Origin: Octopus vulgaris | Lineage: Eukaryota | Direction of reading: 5' to 3' | DNA length: 64,000 bases | Assembly: GCA_951406725.2 (NCBI GenBank) | Contig: OX597814.1 | Location: forward strand, 41,106,001 to 41,170,000 | In this document: piece by piece, positions 42,462 to 55,031 of the stretch | Position numbering within the stretch: the stretch's first letter is position 1 | How the letters are laid out: each line of letters begins with the position of its first letter | The notes under the pieces: model-generated | What the model saw: the letters and a program-made list of their open reading frames with translations, nothing else | Databases searched by the model: none | Told to the model about the DNA's origin: nothing | Program-made: the position numbers and the translations under genes

Positions 42462-42508
42462 GTCTCCGATGAAGGGATATAATAATATCCTAGAAACAGC
42501 TGTAAAAC
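42462..42508 (+). ncRNA. Type I hammerhead ribozyme motif (CAGCTG family)
   Basis: GTCT-CCGATGA-A-GGGATAT-AATA-ATATCCT-A-GAAA-CAGCTG-TA-AAAC. Stem II is 7 bp and stem III is palindromic. A homolog lies at 61863-61910. Confidence 0.75.
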
Positions 42509-42824
42509 CTTCTATTTATAAAAGTTATTAAATATACACGGCCTGGGATTTTTATCTCATTGCGAAAAGATTGTTTTTATATACACACGCTGATATATAA
42601 CCTAAGTGGAACCACTTATTCGTATAAAAACCGCACCTGTGGTCTATCCATAGCACTTATTGAGCATTACCTGACACATTTGGGTCTCACTGACACCATT
42701 ACCTCTCATAACCTCTCTCTCTCTCGCCCCCTCTCTCTATCCCCCATCTCTCGCCCCCATCTCTCTCTATATATATATACACACACACAGAAATACATAC
42801 ACACACACACGCACATTCTTTTAT

Positions 42825-43020
42825 TCTTTTACTTGTTTCAGTCATTTGACTTTGGCCATTCTGGAATACTATTTCAAAGATTTACTCGAAGATATCGACT
42901 CCAAGACTTATTTCTTTGAAGCCTTGTACATATTCTATAGGTTCTTTTCCCGAACCGCTAAGTTATGGGGACATCAACACACCAGAATCTGTTGTCAAAC
43001 AATGACAGATGGGGCGCAAA
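42825..43020 (-). mobile_element. SINE 3' part (family of 23597), diverged
   Basis: TACTTGTTTCAGTCATTTGACT...CGAACCGCTAAGTTATGGGGACATCAACACACCAG. Confidence 0.8.
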
Positions 43021-43063
43021 TACACACACACACACACACACATACATACATAGATACATATAC

Positions 43064-43138
<75 letters not shown>

Positions 43139-43186
43139 AATAAATCTCTGAGCGAGGTATAAACAGTAACTGCTCTTTAATATAAG

Positions 43187-43338
43187 CGGGATCAGCCATT
43201 TGAATGTGGCTAGGGACAGGGCGGGGTGGTTGGGGTGTTACTGATGCATTTAGCCCCAGGCGACTCTGGGGCTAAATGCATCAGTAACACCCCCACCACC
43301 CCGCCCTGTCCCTAGCCACATTCAGATGGCTGATCCCG
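43187..43338. repeat. GC-rich near-perfect palindrome (73 bp arms, 6 nt loop)
   Basis: CGGGATCAGCCATTTGAATGTGGCTAGGGACAGGGCGGGGTGG...TAGCCCCAG-GCGACT-CTGGGGCTA...CCACATTCAGATGGCTGATCCCG, with only two mismatches. It is followed by (TA)n. Confidence 0.97.
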
Positions 43339-43387
<49 letters not shown>

Positions 43388-44677
43388 CAAAGCAATTAAG
43401 ATAATTGGGAAATAGTTAGGAGAGCAATACCGTATAAAAATAGCAGGGTTGGTTGCCAACTCTGCTCAATGGAGACCTATGAAATTCTAAGGCATAGAAA
43501 AAATAGAAGCTTGTTAAATAACCATATTGAAGTAGGACAAGTTTGTGTCCACGCTAAATTGAAGACTCTAAAATATTTTAAATGAATAACTGTATAGAAT
43601 AATCGTAACAAGATAGGTAGATAAATATAACGGGATTTTTACTAGTATAACATTACTTTTAAGTAGATAACTGCGAGTTCTCACACTATAGTTATCTTTT
43701 TCTTTATAACTGCACCTGATTTTGAGCATTGGGAAATAAATAGTACTCGTACATTGCTTAAATGAGAGTTTATTTAATTCTTAAATCTTAATTTTTAAAT
43801 TTTTAATTTTAGAACTTATTCTAGTTTAGGTAACACAACTTTAATAAATTAAGTTACTAAGACTTAACAATTCTATTACAAAATTAAATAAGTGAAGACA
43901 CTCCCTTGAAAGTAGTGTGAGATACTTCAATATAATAGACAATTCCATCACACCTTGTTAATTAAATTCTAAGTTTTGACCGGTAGTCTGTTAACGTATT
44001 GATAGTAACGGCAACAATTTTAAGACAGTAACAGGAATAAATAAATAAATATTTTAAATGACCTCTGGTTAGGGTGCACTTAGATCTTTTCTCTTAATGT
44101 ATTTCCTTTTGACGATAGCTTTTGACCCCTCTACCCCTGACATTGTTTATCTCTTTTCATCTGCGTCAGGTTGATATTAAATAGCTGTTTACTGGTCAAA
44201 AATATAATTTTCTCCTCATAGTTCCTGATTTCTTACTGATTCAAGCTAACTAAGTTGTCTACAAATTCTTCTGTATTTGGTCACTTTAGAACCCCCTCCC
44301 TCTAAGTTGTCGCAGTATACTCTATATAGGCGCCTTTTCTTTTCTCCCTCTTCCCCTTTTTTCTTTTTCTTTTCCTTTTTCTTTTTCTTTTTCTTTTTTT
44401 TTCTATCCTTCTCCCCCGTTTCTCTTTCTTTTTTCTTTTTCTTTTTCTTTTCCTTCTTTCTTCTTCTTCTCCTTTTTCTTTTTCTTTTTTCCTTGTCTCT
44501 TTTCTTTTTTTCTTTTATTTTATTTTCTTTGCCCCACAAATAAATTCCTTCAGCTTTTAGAAATCTTAACATAGCAGTTTTGTACGGAGAGCAGTAATGT
44601 GGCAAATTACCTTATCATATAGCATGAAATTATTGTGGATTAACAATGGTTAAATTCATCGTCTGTGAGTATGAAAT

Positions 44678-44882
44678 TCCTCCTCATATCGCTGGAAATT
44701 TAAATCTTCACTACAGATTAATTCACCTTTTCTGTGAAGCTAATACGCTTTTAAAAACCTGTGATAAGTCTGTGCATCCTCCTCCTCATATCTCTGGAAA
44801 TTTAAATCTACACTACGGATTAATTAATCTTCTCTTTGAAACTAATAAGCTTTTTAAAAATCTGTGATAAGACTGTGCATCA
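44678..44882. repeat. ~100 bp tandem repeat (2 units) upstream of a hammerhead motif
   Basis: TCCTCCTCATATC(G/T)CTGGAAATTTAAATC...AAAAA.CTGTGATAAG.CTGTGCATC occurs twice. A related, shorter tandem unit lies on the minus strand at ~61475-61595. Confidence 0.88.
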
Positions 44883-44997
44883 TCATTAAGGATCTTTGGA
44901 AACCTGTTTGCAACCTATATCTGCCTTTAATGGAATTATCTGCAATATTTCATGAATATAACCTCACCAACTAAGATGTTTGGAGAACTCATATGTA

Positions 44998-45088
44998 TTT
45001 TAGCTGATGAGTACGGGACACTTTTATCTGCTGCAATTTTTGCAACTTGTAATAAAGCCTGTCTTTGTATGAAACAATTGTACTAAAA
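44998..45088 (+). ncRNA. Type I hammerhead ribozyme with intact core and extended stem II
   Basis: TTTTAG-CTGATGA-GTAC...GTAT-GAAA-CAATTG-TA-CTAAAA. Stem I is 6 bp, the CUGAUGA/GAAA core is canonical, the cleavage triplet is GUA and stem III is palindromic. The ~60 nt stem II can pair as GACA/TGTC, TTTAT/ATAAA and TGCAA/TTGCA. Confidence 0.85.
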
Positions 45089-45134
45089 ACTAATCCATTC
45101 TTGTTGCTTCTTTCTCGTATATATATTTATATAT

Positions 45135-45270
45135 TTACGACGGTCTTCTTTAAGCTTCCGTCTACTCACAAGGTCTTGGTGGGTGGCTGAGGCTATACAC
45201 TTGCCCTAGGTGGCATGCTGTGGGACTGAACCAAGAACCATGTGGTTGGGAAGCAAAGTTCTGATCATAC
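45135..45270 (-). mobile_element. SINE 5' head (family of 23597), diverged
   Basis: CTACTCACAAGG...CACTTGCCCTAGGTGGCATGCTGTGGGACTGAACCAAGAACCATGTGGTTGGGAAGC. Confidence 0.75.
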
Positions 45271-45360
45271 TGGCATGTCTATGTATATATATATATATAT
45301 ATATGTGTGTGTTTTTGTGTGTGTGTATGTGTATGTGTGAGTGTATTTATGTATTTTATC

Positions 45361-45405
<45 letters not shown>

Positions 45406-46541
45406 TGTATGCATGTATAGGAAATAGATTTTACAGTTAAATATTGAAAGCATTAGCAGATCCTTCGATATATTTACGTGCAGAAACGATATTTCATGTG
45501 TGGGATGCTCTGACGGATCGTATGAAAGTAAGTTAACTCTAAGTGAACTGCGTGTGCATGTGTGTATGTGTGCGTGCTTCTGTTTGTTTTGCTGTGTGAG
45601 TATATCAGTGTATGTGTGCGTAAATACATGTGCGTCTTTAATTTGACATGCGGATGCTCGTAACATATCCACAAATTTCATTACTAATATTTTAATGCGA
45701 ACAGAAGGCAACAGACAAATACTAAGTTCAACCAAAGAATGGAAAGCCTCATTATGTACTAATAATTCTTTGAGAGACAAATATGTGTCTCCATGTCTAC
45801 AGGTAATTCCTGACAACTACGTTTAATTCCCATAATCTACAATAAAATACCAATGATTTTATTGCCCACAAAGTAATATCCACGGTAGTCTCACTAATTG
45901 ATATTAAAGCTTACACAAATTCGGCAACTAAACACGGATTAAGTTCACGAGGATGGTATTGAACTATATTAATTTCCCAATCAATTCAAGAGACAAAGAT
46001 AAAGAAAAAGCAAAAGTAACTGGTCAGAGTAGTGCAGAAACGTAAATACTAGGATATGTGATTTGTTCACTGTTAAAGATAATGATACATAATTCACCGA
46101 CTTCACATCTTCATTGTTAGTTTTATGTGGTCTCAGAAATTAGATTTCTTATCTTTATACTTAATATAGGTAAGCGGTAATGCTATGTAAGCTGCTCTGT
46201 CATCTTTTAACAAGTTTGTGACTAATTCACTTGTTTCTACACAAAGCATATTGTATGAGACAAAGGCTACCATTCTCAATGATAGTGAAACTATATAAAG
46301 TGATGATACATTTTGAAAGTCTGTTTTATATGTAAACATCGTTTTTTTTTTGTTTTGTATGCAAAAACGTATGCATATGTATGTCGTGTAGTATTTTAGT
46401 AATGTTCTAAGCTTTCTCGAATATTGCAGGCTGTTTTTAATCTTTGTTTATAATGTTTATAAAGTAAGATAAACACTTTCTCACACATTACAAACAGTTT
46501 GTGATATTCTGGCAGAAGTTATTTGTTAGTACTCTTGATCG

Positions 46542-46639
<98 letters not shown>

Positions 46640-46642
46640 TAC

Positions 46643-46723
<81 letters not shown>

Positions 46724-47497
46724 ACATTACCATGATTAATTCAGTGCTTGTCAGTTAGATATATATTGTAGTCTTCTAAATGACACCAAGATATATTTTT
46801 TTTAGAAAATAGGTAATGTTGTACTCTGTGAGGTATACGAATTCCGAATGTTACAGTACTTAACACGTTATAGGCAATAATGGAAATGACCGTAACATTT
46901 CAAATATGGAATCGGCATGGAAATACGTGAAAGCAAAACTTGGGAATTAATAGAAAAAATGGCCAGTGATCTGCATGCATTTGACTATGCATAGAAAATC
47001 AGTTTTTTTCGCACATTTATTCTATGTTTTAAAATTTATCAGCATTACCAGCAGACGAAGAGAAAACTCTTTTAAAATTTATTTTGGTTTCGATTTACGG
47101 CACAAGTTCAGTATGTTCGGGAATGGGAATAAGGCAAATACTGTGACCTGTGTTCAATTGTTACATATTGTATCGCCCCTGAAAGGATGAAAGATTAAGT
47201 CGACGGTATTTGAACTCAAAACTTAAAGAAGGAATAACACACCGCCGAGAATTTTCCCGGCGAGTTAACGATTCTTCATTATACTGATGTATAAAGGAAC
47301 ATTTTTTTTCTACATAACGTAGAAGTTCTAATCTTCAGGAATTGGAGTTCCCTGTGGGGATGGCATTTCAAATTTACACAACTTTAAACGAGCTTAACGT
47401 CTGTAAGAATAATATATTTTTGAATAAATGTATATCTATCTATCTATCTATCTATCTATATATATATAGTGTTTGAGAGAGAAGCAGGCAGACAGAG

Positions 47498-47560
<63 letters not shown>

Positions 47561-48181
47561 AAAACTGTAAAATCAAGTTGCAATTTTTATATTCTTCTCA
47601 AGGAGAAAAACTGCTTTTATGGAACCTAATTTCCATAGCTGTATATTTCATAATGTACTGGAAGATTATTAAAACTATTATTAATAATCTTGTGTAAAGG
47701 TCAGACACATTCGTGAAATCAAATTTACTGTCTCGTTTCAGAGCTAGATTGAAATATATGTATTGCAACTATGATTAGGAAAGTGTTCCTATATTCATAA
47801 AACACCTATCAAATTCAAACACCCAACATAATCGCGTGGAAAAACATGCAAACACACAGACACACAATTATGCAGGCATACAAACACATGTTCAAATGTT
47901 CTAGTAAATCACATGAAGCAATTTCATCAGAGTCTATTTGGCTCCTCATGGGTTGTAGATAAAATAATGGTACCTTTGAATGTAAACTCGTATATATGTA
48001 TAAGCTGACACACACATACACACATACGCACACAAATACTCTCTCACACATACACTCTCACTCTCTCTCTCACACACACGTACATACAAACATGCACACA
48101 GAGCGAAAGACAGATTGGTATAGGACATTCCTTCATTGTTGCCATTGACACTCGCACAGTAACTGTCAACTAATAATATAA

Positions 48182-48220
48182 TCGATTATATCCAGAAAGT
48201 ACCTTTCTGGATATAATCGA
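48182..48220. repeat. Perfect 18 bp-arm palindrome
   Basis: TCGATTATATCCAGAAAG-TAC-CTTTCTGGATATAATCGA. Confidence 0.95.
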
Positions 48221-48603
48221 GAAGTACGCTGTTTTGAAATAGTGTATGCAATATTGTTACACGGCCGTTATGACTTTGGCTATTCAACGTCAGCCTCTTC
48301 CACATCCTACACTATATAACCAATACATTTTCACACCGAAAACATTGTATTTTTATTCCAGTCGTCATCAAATTTCGAAGATATTCTGCAATCAACTTGC
48401 ACGCGCGAGTGCTACCAGTCGAGAACTCAGCGTACCTGAAGTCAGCAAGTGTATGGCGTCATCCAGAGGGCATGTGCTCCTTTTTGGGGCCTACCTCTCG
48501 ACGGCATAATGCACACTGATATGGAACCCCGCTTGCTAGATTGTTATTAAATATAGCCCATATAACCAATATGGTTATTAAATATAGCCCAATATTCCTA
48601 TAG

Positions 48604-48900
48604 CTATTGCTGATCGTCTCTTTTTAACCAAATCCAGTGGCTAGCCTTCTCCACTGTAGTTTGGATATCGATCATAGTGGCATTTACTTTCCGATGAGTT
48701 AGGCCTAACGATAGCAACAGTCGTCTCACACTATGTCCATCAACTCCAAATAATTTTATTAAATTGAGCTTTGTTAACTTTCCCAGTTTTTTCACTCTAG
48801 ATCCTGTCATTTTATAAAGAGAGCGACATAACTTGTTTCAAATTCTATATTTTTTCTCATTAGCAGCCGGCCTTGGTTTCCTGATGCACGGGTTTCATAA
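48604..48900 (-). mobile_element. 3' end of a REL-type non-LTR retrotransposon (HERO/NeSL-like)
   Basis: ORF 48604..48810 ends GHSVRRLLLSLGL...IQTTVEKASHWIWLKR, resembling the 'AEKASxWIWLKR' C-terminus of these elements. Confidence 0.6.
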
Positions 48901-49229
48901 CCTGCAGTTTCTTGTCGGGAAGGGGTCTTTGTATAGCAGTTATCGATCCACTGTGGTTTGATTCCGGAGATGATTTGCTATGCTTATCATAGGTGTCCTT
49001 TCCCTATAGAAACATTGAAACATACATGGGTCGATAAATGCTTTAGTTATTTGAGTGATAAATTGTTACTATGTAATTAGTGCGGAAGGACAAAGAGAAA
49101 TCATATCACCTAATTAATGCCCATCTTATATTTCTCTGAAATTACTATGTCTTCATCCGTATGTTGTTACTATAGACCACATACTGAACTTCCAGAAGTA
49201 GGTGTCGAACTGTACCTTGAGGAAAGCTG

Positions 49230-49620
49230 AACCATATCCAGCACTCTCGAGGAAAACATCTCACTCTCAATACGTGAGTAATTTTATACTAAGATAATGC
49301 TTACAGATTTAGTATTCGCATTCAAGGAAAAGAAGGACAGAATTGGACAGACGTGAAGTGCTTCATGGACAGCACTTCATTGTGGCTACGAATATAACTC
49401 ATGGAAATTAAAGCAAAGCTCTGGAAATTTCGCCATACCTCATACCAGTATTGCTGAAGTTGATTTCATCCTAGTTCACATAATATCTATAGCAACAATG
49501 GTTCACTTGAAGAAAAGCATTTTTTTAATGCGTTAAGTATGTTATCAGAATTCTCTCTTGAGAATACCAGACACGTTAATGGAAGATTATATAACAACCA
49601 ACGATAATACGGAATAGCTT
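49230..49620 (+). mobile_element. Highly decayed mariner 3' fragment
   Basis: Echoes of KRPEL..R (KRRTELDRREV) and WEVLPHPPYSPDLAPSDFHLF (LEISPY/PHTSIAEVDF) across frameshifts. Confidence 0.35.
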
Positions 49621-51129
49621 AACTGGGAAAGAATAGCAGTTGATATAGAACAGATTTCTCGACCCTTATTATAATCTTTAGGGAAAAGAATATCGGTGTT
49701 GTATACGATGCGCTAACTACTGACATAAGAAATATATCACTGCAATTATTTCCAAAGAAGAGAAAGAACATACAAATCTTTGTTTCGTAAGAGAATGCAA
49801 TATTGGTCACAAAGGATTCTCAGAAAGTATCAAGAAATATCACTCTAAGTTCACTATGATTACCGGAAGAATATTGATATTTCATCTGAAAAGAATCCGC
49901 GTTTAACACTGCATTATCTTGACAAATGTTTTTCAATTTCTTGTTGACAAGCTTCTACCCATGGAAAAAATAGCGTGGCAATATTCATTCAAAAGAAAAG
50001 TTGGTGCGGTAGTGAATTTATAATATCTGTGTGTTGTTGGAAATTCTGTAAATTTATAATTTTCATATTAACGAGCTGCTTAGCAAAATATTCATTAGCG
50101 CAATTGATCGTTTCAGTATATTATATGTTGATGACTATATTGAATTTGTATTATTTGCGAAATTGCGTTTATTTGTTAACAAATATTTTGGTACCGCAAG
50201 ATATTAATTTGAAGAGAAAGCAGAAATACTCCATAGTTACTGTCTCTGATACTGTGGAAATAGTATTTGCGTCGATTATTTAGTATTTAATAAATATTGC
50301 CCTGAAAACCAATTTTCATTATGAATTGATTACAATAATTTGAAATATTGTTGAAGAATGATTATGAATTGTTATAAAAAAAAACAAATGGTAATTTTCA
50401 TCACAATTTTGTTAATTTGGCCAGCGGCGGTTCCATTTTATATTAATATATTTCATTCAGTTTGCCGCACAGACTGTTTCCAGTAGCTATAATTCAAGTT
50501 ATGTCTAAAATAACCACAATATGCTGACCATTTTAAACTGGAGACAAACTTGTATTCACAATGCACAATCAGGAATCTTAATAATCATATAACATTGAAT
50601 CACAAATAATTTAACGAAAGTTTTTCGAAGATACTAAAGTACAAAAAATGTAGGCTCTCGCTGCATACACGTATGAATGTAATGTTTGCAGCCGTTTAAA
50701 GTATTGAAAACCATCATTACAAGCTAAACATCACTGACGTCGAATAAGTAGTAATACGTTCATTTATAGTAATACACTTCCGATAACGGTGGTCGTGATG
50801 GTGGTGGTAATGAGAGCGAATAGACCGACTTTGTGTATGCATTTCTAAGCAGGCTGAAAGAAATAGGAAGGGGACGCTTCCCTATGCCATCCGATATTTT
50901 TGCGTCGAGTTTACCCAGATTACACTAAATTGATTGCTCTGCTATTGGTGATGTTATTTATCTATATATTATTTTTTTCTCTAATTTCTATTATAAATAT
51001 CCTCTTTAATGCTGTTGTATCACCCTTTCATCGATGTGAACCCCACCTAAATTTGTATCTTTTATTTTGTGGTATAACTCGTCCTTCGATATTATTTTCC
51101 ATATCTTCACCCGTTTTGGCCAATAAAAG

Positions 51130-51520
51130 AAATCATCATTATTATCATTATCTTTCTATCACAGCTTTTGTTAGACCTCCTGGAGTCTTGCACGCGTAGC
51201 GACCTTACAACTTGCAGCCTAATGTAACATGCTATTCGTTCTTTTCAGCTATCCTATAATTTTCTGATTATTCTGGCCGTACTAAGGAAACAAACCTTTT
51301 GTAACAGTTCTACTTGACATTATTTCCAATTTCCTTTATATTTCTCTTGATGTATTCTGATGTTCACAAGAAACCAAATATAATTGGCACTATTTTCACC
51401 TTCATGTTCCATAGCCGGGATATTTCGTACTTAAGAGGGTCGTATATATCTTATTCATGAATCAAAGAGGCAGCAACATAGTGTCAATGAAAACCATGAA
51501 GTTTTCCTTTGCCTGGTGAT
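51130..51520 (-). mobile_element. Dong/R4-type retrotransposon 3' fragment (second subfamily)
   Basis: Minus strand reads LKYEISRLWNMKVKIVPIIFG and ELLQKVCFLSTARIIRKL*, then a short UTR ending in a degenerate (TAA/TGA)n run. Confidence 0.7.
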
Positions 51521-53715
51521 TTTAGTGAAAGAGGTTAATAAGTGGATGAGGCTAAAAGTCTTGAGGACAGATACATTCCTCTTTGATAGATGTCTCGTTG
51601 ACTTCTTCAAGTGTCGCTTGAAAATAAATTTTAGATGAATGCTATTCTCGAGTGTGTTTATTGATAGGTGGGTGAAAGTTGCAAAAATGTCAGGAGTTGA
51701 TGGAATTTCACTTAGTGTAAACCCGTGAGTCGGAAAAAGTCAACTGGAGAAGGCACTTACCCTTGGTATTCGGGGACATCTTGGAAAATAGATTATCGCT
51801 AGCGGTCCACCTATATTTTTTAAATCCCGCTTTTTAAAAACATTATCTACTATATATATATCCCCTCTTTTTCATTTTATAACGTGTATACTTACACGTT
51901 TTCGTTAATTATTTACTTATATCATTTCATTATATATAAACCCCCACTTTGTGTGTGACATTGTATTGTCACACTAATCTTTCGTCCTAGTGGAAAATAA
52001 AAGACACCATGGCATTGACAATAATATTTGCTGTATCCCAGTGTATTTTTTTTATTATTATCATAGTATGTTTTTGTGCAATTTTTACAGATAATATTGT
52101 CGTCTATCAAATTTATTTACGACACTCCTGTGGTCAGGGCGACTGGGCTCTTTCTGAGCTGAGTGGCTAGGCGGGACCTTGCCCCTTTTGGGGTGAATTT
52201 TCAATTTAAATCCTCCATTTTTCGATTTTTTTAATTTGTTAAAACGTCCTTTGAGAAGAATGTAAGCTCTTCCTGTCTTTTTGACTTCCTGCCTCTGCTG
52301 TCGGATGACAGCAAAAAAGCTGTAAAAATTAATTGTCTCCGCCTACTCCGCGCCTTAAAAAGCACAGAGGGACAACCTAAGTCTTGCTAGCACGTGAAAT
52401 GCTGAGGAACAGAAGAAAAAAGAAGAAAAGAAACGCGAGAAAAAAGAGAAGAAATGAGAAACGAAATTCAGCCAATGATGCTGCAAGTGTTGCAACACCT
52501 CGGAATCCAAGAACTCCCACTTCCACCACTAACACTATTATAGGTTTTGTCTCCGCTTTATTTTTATACTTCGCAGAGTTTATGTAAGTAGCGGGTTATT
52601 ACCTGTAGCCGTAAATATCTACAAGCTTTCAATTGTCTTTGAAGTACTTAAAACCCTCCTGGTAATCCTTTCTGTTCCCGTGTATCAGCTCTTCAAGAAT
52701 TCTATACTAATCTCATTTCACCATCTGTCTCTATATGGTGGATGAGGGTGAAATAACTGCTAGCGGATAATTATTTTATTAAGCCCCTCATCTTAGTTTA
52801 AAATATAAAAATGTGAGTGCGGAGAGTACAGTTGTCACCCCTATAATATTTGTGTGAAACTACGTATCATTGGAGAAAATAGTATCATTAGATATAATTA
52901 TACTGAGATTCCCAGTGTATATCAACGAACAAAATTTGATCAAATATACATGCCTAACTGTAGGTATATCCGGGCAAGTGTGACATATCGATACATATTT
53001 TAGAGCTACGCATATTGTTAAATTAATTCCTAGCAACTTCATTGTCGTTTATGATTTTACAATACTCTCAAAATTGCGATTCATATTTGTAATAATCCTT
53101 TCATCCAAAGTGCATGTAGCACATACACGAAATCATTACTTCCAACATTACCAACGGCTCTATAATCACCATTGCCGTCATCATCATCATCATCATCATC
53201 ATCGTCGTCGTCGTCGCCACCCCACCTCCGCCATCATCATCATCGTCGTCGTCTTCCTCGTCGTCACCGTCATCATGTTCAAGATAATAATCAGTAACAT
53301 ATTTGATGCTATTATCAAAATTATTACTACTATTTATGAATAGTGCAGTTGCAGTACATTTTCATCCTCAACAGAGTAACAATAGTTCGTTGCTGTTATT
53401 ATTCTTTGTGTCTGGAGCAAGAGGACGTTTGTTTGTGGTTCTTAAATTTTCTTTGAAATTTGTTGTTTCGTTCGTTGATTTTGCAGCTCGCTGCAAGAGA
53501 GGCGAGGCGGCGTGCCGAAAATTCGGATTTTAAGGTTGAATCTTGAAATTCAAGATTGCAAATTTAATGATCTTAAACAAAGTTATCGATATCGCCTTCC
53601 AAATCGAGAGAAGCGATAGATATTGTAATAGCTACTATGACATTGTATTATTTTGGTCAAGAAACGAAACAAAAAGTGTAGCACTAATATCAACAACAAC
53701 TCTAAAAAAGACTCC

Positions 53716-54030
53716 GCCGGTTACGACGACGAGGGTCCCAGCTGATACGATCAACGGAACAGCTTGCTCGTGAAATTAACGTGCAAATGGCTGAGCATTC
53801 CACAGACACGTGTACCCTTAACGTAGTTCTCGAGGATAATCAGCGTGACACAGAGAGTGACAAGGCTGACCCTTTGAAATACAAGTACAACTCATTTTTG
53901 CCAGCTGAGTGGACTGGAGCAACGTGAAATAAAGTGTCTTGCTCAAGGACACAATGCGTCGCCGGGAATCGAACTCACAACCTTACGATCATGAGCCGAA
54001 TGCCCTAACCACTAAGCCACGCGCCCTCAC
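53716..54030 (-). mobile_element. tRNA-derived SINE
   Basis: Minus-strand head GGCGCGTGGCTTAGTGGTTAGGGCATTCGGCTCATGATCGTAAGGTTGTGAGTTCGATTCCCGG (A and B boxes), then TCCTTGAGCAAGACACTT. It is inserted in a (CAA)n tract. Confidence 0.9.
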
Positions 54031-54265
54031 TCAACAACAACTACAAAAACAATAGCAACAACAGACCCAGAACCTGCAGTGACGAGCAAAATATATTTTA
54101 AAGTCAAAGAAATGTAACATCAATCCACAAATCTCCAAACATTATAGCATACCTTGCTCGGAAGATTGTCAAAATAAAGTTACCGAAGATGCCACTAGAA
54201 GTGAACATCCCTTTGCTGGCAACAGAGCTGAATACACATACGTCGTCTTCGACTAAAGAGTAGTG

Positions 54266-54302
<37 letters not shown>

Positions 54303-54917
54303 CAGCAGCAGCAGCAGCAACAGTAGTAGTAGTTGTAGTAGTAGTAGTAGTAACGTCATCTACTGAGTCAAAATTGCCTTGAATATGCATAGCAAATACA
54401 TGCATAAAAAATTGCTTCAAAGTAATCCTGAAAGTTCTGAAATACTCTAAACAAAAGATGAAAGATGTATCAATAAATAACCAAAAAAATATTCTCACCT
54501 CACCCGTAGCTAAATAATGAAACACGTAATTAAAACAAGAGGAGTCGGGTCTCATTTATTAATCGTTAATTACCATTCAAAATGCCTTTAACAAAGTATC
54601 AAACAGTTTTCCATTCAAGTTTAGGTTACTAAACATTCTATATTAGCAGGCGAACAGCGGCAACAAACTATTAACAGTACGGGTTATTTTCCTCATTTGA
54701 CTATAAATCTTTCGAGGCAATTGATCGGAAATCATGTAGCTATACGGTAACGAGAAATTTTGGTTGACTAATGGTAACCATTTTTCTTTCTACTTAAAAA
54801 GAATGGGTGAATTTATTTATAGTTATTTATGGATGCATACAAAAATATTAACGTATGTTCATAAATACTAGATTTTGTATGTATGTATATGTATGTGTGT
54901 TACACACACACACACAA

Positions 54918-55031
<114 letters not shown>

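Noticed and set aside
44246-44605. Lys/Arg-rich ORF (and a similar one at 52384..52587)
   Set aside because: A low-complexity polypurine tract with no domain or splice support.
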